DNA from: Parasitella parasitica NRRL 2501
Lineage: Eukaryota; Fungi; Mucoromycota
Length of the DNA: 64,000 nt
NCBI GenBank assembly: GCA_025201805.1
Contig: MU619261.1
Span: 80,005-144,004, forward strand
Direction: 5' to 3'
Under the pieces are notes generated by a model. It was not told the DNA's origin. It worked only from the letters and a program-made list of their open reading frames with translations, and searched no databases. This document shows, one piece after another, positions 13,278 through 24,221 of the stretch (position 1 is the stretch's first letter; each line of letters begins with the position of its first letter). Position numbers and translations under genes: made by a program.

Positions 13278-13513
13278 GAAGGGCCCAGAAACAGACGCTT
13301 ACATGGTACCAACAGAGGAGTTGCACACTGCACACTGCTAGATTCCTTCTGCTCAAATAAAAAAAAAATAGTAATGATGAATAGAAAAAGATGAAGAGAA
13401 GAAGGGCCCAGAAACAGACGCTTACATGGTACCAACAGAGGAGTTGCACACTGCACACTGTTAGATTCCTTCTGCTCAAATAAAAAAAAAATAGTAATGA
13501 TGAATAGAAAAAG
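13278..13513 (+). repeat. Tandem duplication with 123-bp period, followed by (AAT)n at about 13522-13548
   Basis: GAAGGGCCCAGAAACAGACGC...AATAGAAAAAG at 13278-13390 and 13401-13513, near-identical. Confidence 0.9.
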
Positions 13514-13661
13514 GTAATGACAATAATAATAATAATAATAATAATAATAGTGATGACGTTATCTTTTGTGGCTTTTTCTGACTTTAAAAAACGCTGGGTT
13601 AGTTTTAAGTTGGATAAATGTGAAACAATCTCATCCGGCTATTTTGCAGGAAACACTCAAT

Positions 13662-15548
13662 ATGTCTGATGTACTAACTCGTAAGTATATCACCTTTTTT
13701 GTGTCGAGCTTTGCAATAAAAAAATTATGTTTTTAGTTATGGAAGACTTTATTAAGGCTGAAAGATACCCCAGCTTGGTCAAATTTTGTGCTGCTCACGA
13801 GGATCCTATTAAGGCATACATTAGTCATTTCGAAAACGCAGTAGCGGCAAAAAAAAATCTACAAGTTAAAATGAAATTAGCTTTTAATAATGTGCGCGGG
13901 AAAAAGAAAAGAGGCCCAGGAGTTGAGATAAACCTAGAATCATCATATGCTGAAGCAAAAGCTGTGGATGCAATCACTATAGCTGGTTGGGAAAGCTTGG
14001 CTACCTCTGTTCAACAAGCAAAAGAAAAGCTTATTTCAAATCAGGTCAGCTTATAAAATATGCAAAAATACAAAATTGCACCTACTAATAATGTTTAATA
14101 GAGAACTGAGGGTCATGAACATAATAATACTGATGTTGAAAGCGCGAGCAGCACCCAAGAAGAAATTGTTGATACTTCCAGTGAACAGAGTTATGATGAG
14201 CAGGATGATTCTAGTATACTACAGCAATTCTATAAATATAAAAAGGCAACTGAAGTTTCAGCAAAAAAACGAGGTTTTTATGTTGATGGTAACCTCCATG
14301 AAATCCTGTAAGTTTAATACTCCTAGTTGCAAAAAGATCAGCATTAACATTAATTGTATAGTTGCTTATCGGACGTTCTATTTTTGAAAGAAAATGAATA
14401 TAGCGATGAGCAAATCAGTCATTTTGGGGCTACAAATTTGGATAGACTACGAAGTACTTTAATCACAAAATACATGGATTCGAAGGTGAAATTTGATACC
14501 AATTTATATAACCAAGTATCAGAAATATTACGGGTAAGACTTAGTGAAAAGATAGTTTTTATGCATTATTTAAGCGTTGATAATTGTTTTTTGTTTCTCC
14601 ATAGGATTTTCGTTCCCAAGATGGCACACGGAAAACAAAAGAGAAACTCAGCGAGTTGCTAAAAGAAGCTTGCGATGATGACTACAAATTAATCGAAATT
14701 ATAATCAACTGGTGAGTTCTCAAAATAATTCGATAAAAGTAAATGACTCACATTGTACTTTTCATTATGGTAAGAATAGCTTCAATAAGCTCCCTCTTTT
14801 TACCCGGATGAATGAAGAGATTGGTGAAGCAGAGTTGCAAGGAAACTACATTGATCCCATAGTATATCCCATGTTTCACAATCCACAGGAGAACATATAT
14901 TTTCGATGGTATATGAATACGTTGCACTGTTAAAAATTACATTCTTGATTAATAGTTTATTGTATATATTTTCCTATTAAATTAGGTTAAATAGGCAAAC
15001 CCCAGATACGGAAACACGAAGACCGGATGTCACATTTACAAAATGAAGCAAAGAAGAATTGATAGCTCAATAGGTTTCGTTGAAGTTAAACCTGAAAAAA
15101 GTGATTCAGTCAAGAGACATGAAGATATGATTCGGCTGGTCGCCTTTTGTAAAGATGCGTTGGAAAAGCAAAGTAGAAAAACTATGATTGCAGTGCAAGT
15201 TGTTGGTAAGAGTTTACAGGCTGATGAGATGTGTGAAGTGATTTTCAAACTTTCTTACATGCTGTAGGATTTTATATTTCCTTCTATATCTTTGTTTCTG
15301 TAGATGGATTACATTTAATGGTTGAGCTTTATTCCTTCGAAACGGCAAAGTATCTTGATCAACTTTCTCACTTACTCAGCTCGTTCGATAAATTAAAGCA
15401 AGTTATAATTTGCAGCAGGGATAATTGTGTTGAATCTCAAGGTAGTGCCAGGAAAAGAAATTCTAGTCTAGATATATCAGAACTTCATCGGATTATCAAC
15501 ATTAAGAAACCAAAAGGTTTAAGAACATCCCTGTCGTTCAAAAAATAA
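13662..15548 (+). CDS. 8-exon PD-(D/E)xK restriction-endonuclease-fold protein (Crinkler/CR-REase-like), about 480 aa if one -1 frameshift near 15033-15042 is repaired
   Basis: Exons 13662-13680, 13737-14044, 14102-14307, 14362-14533, 14605-14711, 14780-14908, 14986-15205, 15268-15548, all GT-AG; motifs GEAELQGNYIDP, RRPD, GFVEVKP, EDMIRLVAFCKDAL, AVQVVG. Confidence 0.65.
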
Positions 15549-15592
15549 TTTATATTTTCAAGCAGAAAATATTTTACATGTTACTACGCTGT

Positions 15593-15683
15593 ATGCCGTG
15601 TTTTTATATAATTATATGCTAGCTTTTATGCCGAGTTTTTATACAATTACTAATTTGCTTTTATACCAAGTTTTTATATAATT
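15593..15683 (+). repeat. Three degenerate 35-bp tandem repeats downstream of the core gene
   Basis: ATGCCGTGTTTTTATATAATT / ATGCCGAGTTTTTATACAATT / ATACCAAGTTTTTATATAATT at 15593, 15628 and 15663. Confidence 0.65.
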
Positions 15684-15933
15684 CTCTCTCTTTATCATTA
15701 TTTTATCAATATTCATAGTCTTATTTTTATATATTATAGTTACAAAAAAAATTATAAAGAATAAAGAACAAACATTGCTGTAAGCTCCACATAAACATCA
15801 GCACCGGATCTTTGGTTTGTATATTTGTTACTCTGGAATCTCACCAACTTTACGATATGGTTCATTTTTGTTCCAGGCGTGCGCGAATTGGTTCTCAAAT
15901 TTTGACCCAATTTTTTTTTTTTTTGTGCGAATA

Positions 15934-17611
15934 CAGTCGTTACGGAAGTCATTGTCGTTTTAAGAAAGGTTATATTGTCATTTTTAGTTATCTGTATTTT
16001 CGTCTTAATTTTTAACTTTGATGACAACAGTATATCTCTAAAAAAAACAGCAGATGGAACGATTACATAGGGGTTTTATTAAAACAATTTCTAATTTGAT
16101 GTTTAGAGTGATTAGCGAAACCGTAAAGGTCACTAATCAAAACTTGATTACATGCATCGGCAATTCTACTGGATAGGTTCTCTTCACTCATCATACGATC
16201 TCGTTTAAGTTTTCTCTTAACTAAAGCCCAAAATTGCTCTATAGGATTTAGCTCTGGTGAATAGGGCGGTAAATGCATCAATTTGTATCCTCTCTTCTCA
16301 ATCTTCCGCTTCATCGGCTGCGATTTATGAGTTGATGCGTTGTCTAGTACCAGATAACATCCTTTTAACTTCTCATCCAAGTCCATTACATCAAGTAACT
16401 CGTTTATAAACTTAATGAAGTGAGCGGTAGTAGTACCTTTAGGGGGATTAGCTTTATCCTCTGGTGGTGGTGAGGCAGCTCTCTTTACCCCTTTAATAGT
16501 TGTTTTCCGCTTTTTAGGGGTTTGTTGACCCAGTAGTTCCTTCTTAGAAGGAGGTTTTCTTAACTGAACAAGAAGGACACTGCCTGAGTGAATGGCACCA
16601 ATGATTGTATGCGAAGGTGTTCTAGTTTTTTCGGTTTTAACACGGGCACGAGTTCCAGCAGCAGATCTTGCATAATTAAATCGCATATTCACATGAAAGC
16701 CGGCCTCATCTATGAAGACACAATTTCTTGTGAAGTCGAGATCAGAGTCTTTCCATTTCATAAACCAATCGAATCTTTCCTGCAAGTTTTCTGGTGAATT
16801 TCTTGCTTCTGCTTCGAGGGTAGCTTTCTTCATGGTAAGGCATAAATCATTTTTCAAATGATGGTTAAGTTGAGAGTTAGAAATGCTGAAACCCTCAAAT
16901 TCTACAATCAACATCTCCATAATATCACTGACAATGATTTGGGGATCGTTGTCTATCAATTTGATGAGGAAACTATCATGCTCCTCGGTAAAAGTACTAG
17001 GACGACCTTTCATTTCACTGTTTTTTTTGTATGGCATGGTGCCGTCTTCTCTGTACTGTTTCCACCATCTTTGTGCATTTCGAACATTAATTCCCATACT
17101 CCCTTTTCTTGTGCACACTCAATCATTTTATCAATAAACTGTTCTCTTTCTTTATCGCTATAATTCGTGTAAACGGAGACTGTAGTTGTACGTTTTTCTG
17201 ATTTAACACCATTTGTTACTTTGTCTACAACTAGCTTCTCGAGAGGCTTTTGATCAAAGTACGTATTCTGATTAGTTAGTGTTTCCAAGACAATGTTGGG
17301 GTCATTGACTTCAGTCAGGACATCTTCCATGGGATCATCTACTTTCATCCCATTCTCATCGTAAAGGTTATCTTGTCCATCTTCATAATAAAAAACACTT
17401 GACATTGTAATTTGAATAAAAGAAAAATACGATCCAGTAAAAGGCAGAAACAAAAACGACAATATAACCTTTCTTAAAACGACAATTTAACCAACTCATA
17501 ACGACAAATCAAAATTATAAAACGACAATTTATATTCAATCAGCGACAATGTATTTTTAAAAGAACGACAATTTTCTGAAAAAAGAACGACAATGGTTTC
17601 CGTAACGACTA
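15934..17611 (-). mobile_element. Tc1/IS630-family DNA transposon, copy B (inverted, 1678 bp)
   Basis: Reverse complement of copy A; identical ORF translations; two substitutions seen in the outer TIR (positions 1 and 16). Confidence 0.93.
16063..17405 (-). pseudogene. DD34E Tc1 transposase with the same frameshift as copy A
   Basis: ORFs 16063-17118 and 17010-17462 translate identically to those of copy A. Confidence 0.8.
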
Positions 17612-18272
17612 TATAGCACGTCTACCAATCTACATTTTTTCGCGAAGAAGTTTGTCTTGTTGAAATTATCGTGCATTCAACACATACGTATCCTTTTATT
17701 AAACTACATTTTGTTACAGACAAGTCTCCAATTCATCGAAATTTTGGGAACAGATTTGTCTTATAATCATGAATTATAAGAATTTTAATTGCTATAAGAA
17801 TATTACTTGAGAGCAGATCGTTAGATCAAAACCTCAGGTAATTCAAATTGCTATTTTAGGCAATTTTGTCTCGGTTAAAGCCAGAACTAAAATTGGATAG
17901 ATAATGAATATTTCGCACACCTTTCCCATTTAACCGTGTAAAATGCAGATAATATTTAGCTTGTAGTTTTGATTCAAAGTGTATAATTTAATAAATATCT
18001 AACATGCACCAAAATAAATCACTGTGACAAATAAATCTTTAAAATATTATCATCTATGATTTTACCATCAACATAGAATTACAAAAAAAAACTAGGTATG
18101 AATGATTAAATATGTCAGGGAGAGGAAGAGGCTCGCTTGTGTGTGGAAAACACTGCGCTTTTTTCTAATTACTTGTAGTTTTACCAGGAAAAAAAGAAAG
18201 ATGTATAAGGTAATAAAGAGGAGAAGGGATTTATAGAAGCATGTAATATTAGTACAGAAAGAGAGAAAAACA

Positions 18273-18900
18273 CTACTTTTTCTTGGGACCATATTTGGGC
18301 GAAATGCTCTTTGGGCAAGAGACAGTCTTCCAAGAGATGTCAAGAACACCAGTATCAAGGTTACCAAGTTTTTGGAATGCGGCAGGGGTCAAATCAATAG
18401 CTTTACCAACCTTACAGCCAGCACACTTGTCAACAATCTTGACAACAACTGTCTTTTTCTTGTTCTTGTTGTTGGTAATCTTCATGCACTTGTAGCAATT
18501 TTCAAATTTCTTCATAGCCTGTGAGTATTACATTAGCGAGAGATGTTAAGAAAAAAATGCGTCCTTTTTTATTTTTACCATTGCGCCAATCATGCTATGG
18601 ATTGTGGCAGAGTAAGCAGGAAGACCATTACGATCATAACAGGCAGCGTTCTTCAAATCATTACCACTGTACCTAGATAAGCCGAGAAATGGTGTCAGTG
18701 AGAATTTAACATGTTGAGATAAAAAGCTGATTTTACCAGGTACCACGGCCGCCACGCTTTTCTAAGGCGTCATTGATGGTAGAATTATGAAACCTCATAA
18801 CGGTGGCAATACCACGACCATGAAGTTCCACCGCCTTGGCAACATTGATGAGCGTTGCAATTACAAGTGCACACAGAGAGACACAAACAATAAGCTTCAT
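18273..18900 (-). CDS. Secreted RlpA-like/expansin-like DPBB protein, paralog 4 (opposite orientation)
   Basis: MKLIVCVSLCALVIA, EKR, GRGTWY, IVDKCAGC, IDLTPAAF, GVLDISW. Confidence 0.85.
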
Positions 18901-20149
18901 GTGAGATGTGAGTAAGGAAAGGTTAGTATTAAGGAAAGGGTTGATTGAATATCAGGCTGAAAATTGGAAGAAGAAGGAGAAAAGATAGTTTTATATTGTT
19001 CAAACCTTTAAACGAAGACAAAAAGCGGACCCGCCATCATGTTGAAATTGAGTTATATGATCCATATGAAAGGTGATGCTTATGCTACACAAAAATAAAT
19101 TGAAAATGTTCGGTAGGAGTTTTTTACGCCTGGTTTAGCAAAAGATCTGCTTTGGCCTTTTTTGACTTTACAAAAGGCATTTATTCAAAAGGCTTTGGTC
19201 TAGATTTCAACATGATTAAGATAAAAACAACAGTAAAATGTTAGCGTTGGAAATTAAACACTTTGAAGTGAAATGTATTCAATAGAAAAGCTATTCCTGT
19301 GAGGTTCACTGTGTGTCTCTTGAAGTGCGCTTTCGGTTGCTGTTCCACTTCAAATGTCCACACATGAGAGAGAAAGGAGGTGAAGATTTGGGTGACTTAA
19401 ACTACCGAGCAAAGTTGACAGTTGTACAAAACTGCTTTAAAAGAAGCCAACATGCGCACCATTTCTAATTTCAATTGAATAATAAACACAACAGATATTG
19501 CTTGGTCCAATGACAGCTTTCAAGTTGAGAGTTCTTGTTTACTTTGAACACAAAAATTGCCTTGAAACAGATTTATTACGCTTTTTTAGTCCTTTTACTT
19601 GTGAACATTAAAAGTATCTATTTCCATCGCAATTATTGATCAATGCTAAAAATACACCAATGTATATCAAAGGGCGTCACTGTTGTTGTTTTTAATTAAA
19701 GCAACAACTAATATGCACTTCTTCTCGCCATGATGATTATCTTTCAATATAGCATACAGCGTGTGTCGGCTTTTTTGAGTGTAAGGCGCTTCGCCGTCTG
19801 TTAAATGTGTATCACTTTGTGTCCACTTTGCTGGTGCAACTGTAGACAAAGGGATCATAATATATTGCTCGTTTCTCCCAAAAAAAGAAAAAAAAAAAAA
19901 AAATCAGGATAGCCCATCAGTATAGGACGTTCTTAAAGCCAAGGACACTTTATAGGCAATATACTGTAAACTGTCTTTTTGATTGTTAATTATGTGTACA
20001 CATAGAAACAATACCGCCATATTTACTTTCTTTTTTATTGATGAAAATGATTCAGTTCTAATCTCAAGACATGCTGCTTGATAAACTGATTGCGACAGTT
20101 TAAATGCTTATGATTATTATATATTTGTGTAAGATCACAGCTGTACAAT

Positions 20150-21701
20150 CTAATTATGACGGCGCTTCACCTTCCTTCTGTCAAATTCATGAGATGCTTC
20201 GTATTTCGGCAAACTGACAACAAATGTTAATAAAAACCGATTAGTAACACTCTGCCCAACTTACTCTGTAGGGTCTGCGGGAAGGGGAGTAGTGTAAAAG
20301 TAATCGTGCTCCAAAGCCTCCAATGCAGTCGGGCGTTTTGTAGGGTCTAATACCAACAGTTTATCCATCAAATCACCAGCGAGTGCATCGTAATGTCCAT
20401 ACTCTTCTCGGACATGACGAGGCGTTACATCGAATCTTACTTTATTGGCGTCTGGTAGTTTGTCCCAGTTCGGCATGCTGTCTTGGGTTGGTGAGCCACA
20501 CAGGTAAAATATCTTTTTCAACTGATCAATGTCATCCTGTCCTTGCAATATGGGCCTGGATTTCAATAACTCACCAAACACACATCTATTCAAAAGGCTA
20601 AGCAAATTGCTGTGTGCCTCAAATAATGACAAGAATAACGTACCCTACACCCCACATGTCAATTGCACTCGTATATCTCCTCTCGCCGAGAAACAACTCT
20701 GGTGGTCTGTACCATCTTGTCACAACACAGTTGGTATATTCTCTGTTCTCCTCCTCAATTCCACGAGCTAAACCAAAGTCTGCAATCTGTAAAATCCCTT
20801 CGTTATTGATAAGCAAGTTGGCAGCTATCATATTGTACAAGTTAGCAAACGATTGCTACAATAGGCCCAATTTCATTATTACCTTTCATGTCACGATGAA
20901 GAATTCGATTCTAAACAAAATTTAGCATTCACGCAACCACAAAACTAATAGAAACTTTACATGATGAAGATAGGCTGTGCCTTCTAGTAACTGCTTGAGA
21001 TATGTCTTGATTTGAGGCTGTGTCAGTCTTACTTTAGGATTGTCTAGTAAACCAGCTAAATCGTGATCCATATAAGGAAACACCATGTAAATTCCACCCT
21101 TCTCCTTTCTGCTAATATCACCTAATGTCCATTTTTCGTCTTTAATAACTTGAGATAATATATTTTGGCTCTTTTGAATACCTCTTTCCACAGCAATATC
21201 ACTCAAGGGAACAATGTTTTTATGACATAATTGCTTCAAAATCTTGATTTCTCGAATAGCCGTAATAGGAATCTGATAGATAACATTGTGAATAATTGCC
21301 TCCAGAGCCTTTAATTCAGGTACAAAATCCATTAATACATACACCTTCCTTCTCGTTGTGCATTAAAATCCTCTTTAGCGCAACGAGTTGGCTTGTCTGT
21401 CTATCTCTCGCCTTATGCACCTCACTGTAACGGTTGTTTGTTTATTAATTTAGCGGTAATCCGACCAGCAAAATACGTACCCAAATGTACCCTCGCCTAG
21501 CTTGTCCAGAAACTCATAATCAGTTATCTTGGAGCAGCCTTTAAAGTGTCGGTTGTTCTTTGGTTGCGGTCTGTAGGCTGGTGAAGCGGAGGGCGCCGTC
21601 CACAAAGGAGATGCCACATTGCTTAGAGGCGATCCTTCATATACTCTGTGTAGTTTATTTGCGCGTTGATCGTCTCTTGGTTCGTCATGAGCTCGCTTCA
21701 T
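20150..21701 (-). CDS. BUR1: Transcriptional cyclin-dependent kinase, CDK9/Bur1 family
   Basis: [42 protein letters not shown]. Confidence 0.92.
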
Positions 21702-21895
21702 CAGTACGGTGTTGATTGGAAAAGTAACCTTGGAGCAATGCTGTAACAATCAACCAAAGAAAAAGATTTGTAATTTCATAGAAAGCTACTGTTGCCATTA
21801 CCAACATGGCACAAGGCGGTCACGAATACAAACAACAATGTGGTTGTTGTGGTGATTCCAAATCCAAATTCATTCTACTGCGTTATTATCTAACA

Positions 21896-22677
21896 ATGGC
21901 TCGAGATTCAACTGATGCTCTCCCTGACGACAACAAAAGGATACTGCTAATTTCTTTTCAAAATGGTTTACTTTTGACGACAAAGGCGAACGTTAGGCTG
22001 AAATGTGTCTGCAATGGTGTAAGCAGAAAGCCAAAGCCCGGAATGAGAATGTAAATTCAAATTGTGCCATGCTTTGCTTCAGCCGCCCTACGAAAGAAGC
22101 TACAATCGACGAGAGTGGTGAATGCAATCCTTTCAAAGGATATACTGTTTCAGTTCTCAACGCAAAGAAGGAATGCACAATGCACCCGAATGGTATAGCT
22201 AGAAATTACGCATTTTCAAGATTATTCACAATCTTGCTTTTCAATAGAAATGGCTGGATCAAAAGATACAGCAAAGCAAGAGTATGTAACGCTGTGTTAT
22301 TTTCATATTCTTTGAATATCTCATTGTTTTAGGACAAACAATCTAGAAACAACATATAAGCTTGATCTTGGGGACATTTGGACACAAGCAGATGTTACAG
22401 GTCCGTTCGTCATCACCCATGTCAGTAAAAACCACCTTGCTAATCATTCTATACCTATACAGTCAAGCAGGCCATCAATGACAAGATAGACCCTCTTTAT
22501 AACTCTTCAATTGAGCAAGTTGTTACACTTAAAGATAGCCCTCAGGCTACTAGGCTTCAAGAATATGTTAAATCCAAATCGAATGATTTATTAAGCCAGG
22601 TTTATCCAATGTCTCCATTCAAAATCGATGGCAAATCTAATGCTACTCCATCTGTAAATCCAGATGAGAAGAAATAA
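21896..22677 (+). CDS. Hypothetical multi-exon protein with Cys motifs
   Basis: Spliceable exons CLQWC...CAMLC...LDLGDIW...NPDEKK*; divergent from BUR1; model uncertain. Confidence 0.5.
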
Positions 22678-22892
22678 TGTCCCTATGATTTATGTATGAT
22701 AAAGCAAGAGATAGCAACCGCCAAGGAAATAGATTAATTTGGAAAATGCTCTTTCATTATAGTCTTCAAACATAATATCTGAATACATTCATTATCAAAT
22801 GTACAACAATTAATCACTGCTTCCAATATCCCAATATCCCAATATCTTGCTGTTTTTTGAGAAAATAAAAACATTACACCACGAAATACTTG

Positions 22893-23300
22893 TCAAAAAT
22901 CACTCAATAGCGCCCAAGGTGTGATGAGCACCTTAGACCAGACCGAAAGAGACGGGGAACGAGAGACAAAAGTAGGACGGGTAATATACTGCGTTGGACC
23001 ATATAAAATGGCTACTTTGCACAATACACTACTTGATGCATTTATGACAGAGGTAACAATGTAGCGTTTATCTAGTAAAATCTCCGTATCCACCAGAAAA
23101 GACCATAGACTCAGACTCATTATAGCACAATGTTTGGTGACCGCAAGGAAATAACGAGAAAAAGCAGCCTAGTTGAGATTCAGTGAGGATCTCCACCTTG
23201 GTTGCCGTAAAAGTTGAAATATGAGCATATCTGAAGTACAAGCTACTGGTTAATTGCTTCTTCACTTGCAGAGCCATCTCTTCTACGAAACCCTTGTCTT
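22893..23300 (-). mobile_element. Decayed L1-like LINE APE endonuclease fragment
   Basis: Frameshifted remnants TKHCAIM, LDKRYIVTSV, ILYGP and PWALLSDF (compare LLGDFN of LINE endonucleases). Confidence 0.5.
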
Positions 23301-23600
23301 CACCAACATAACCTAGAAGCACACCCTCATCTAAATCCGTACAGTTGGTGATTTGTATGATTATGATGAAAAATGTTGATCTCCGATAGTCAAATCCGTC
23401 AGATTTAAGTCAAGATATCGTCAGCGCTATATGTACACTGCACAATATATTACATATTTGTTATGTAACTTTTTTCTTACACCATTGCTATGCAAGTAGA
23501 TTAATATTGCATGAATAAACATGAAGAATAAATAGGCTCTCGTTATTGATTTTCTCTCTCTTTATTACACATTGAAAACTACCAAAAAAAGAAAAGAAAA

Positions 23601-24019
23601 ATGACCAACGTTGAACAATTTGTCGAGGACACAATCAAGAATAACAAAGTCGCGATTTTCACCAAGAGCACCTGTGGTAAATTACATATTTCAGTATAGC
23701 AAGGATCGTATTTAAAAGCTCTTAAAAAAAAAGAATTTTGCAGGAAGGCAAAAACTCTTTTAGATGGATACAATATCAAATATGAGAATATTGAGTTAGA
23801 TAAAAATTGTAAGCAATATACATGGCGTATGCATGATGATTGTGGGACATTGATAGTAAATAATATGTAGCCGATGGTGAAGCTATTCAAGAGTACTTGA
23901 CCAAGAAGACAGGTCAAAAAACTGTACCCAACATTTTCATGAATCAAAAGCATATTGGTGATTCTCATGACCTGACCAGACTTGAAGGTGGTGGTGAACT
24001 CCAAGGATTTATTGCCTAA
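23601..24019 (+). CDS. Dithiol glutaredoxin
   Basis: KVAIFTKSTC|EFC across intron 1, TVPNIF, HIGD; 3 exons. Confidence 0.85.
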
Positions 24020-24221
24020 GTAGCACCAGTCCTAGTGTATAAATATTAATAAAACAACCTTGCGTTCCATCCTTGAGGGATCATTTATGTTGTATTATGA
24101 TAATTGTGTATTTAGTAGTATATTATTTTTTTAAAAAATTAGGGTAAAATTCGGGCGTGCAAGTAAACGATGATATTACATTGACGGGAGAGAATAGTAA
24201 AAATAATGTTTCTTTTAGCGG

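Larger units (their letters stand above)
10807..17611. mobile_element. Putative composite Tc1 transposon, 6805 bp, with 1850-bp inverted arms (10807-12656 and 15762-17611) and a 3.1-kb core
   Basis: The arms are reverse complements with identical ORF translations; TA immediately outside both ends (10805-10806, 17612-17613); sequence beyond the TAs is unrelated. Confidence 0.75.

Noticed and set aside
13278-13513. Direct repeats as a possible CRISPR-like array
   Set aside because: Only two long units, no unique spacers, eukaryotic context.
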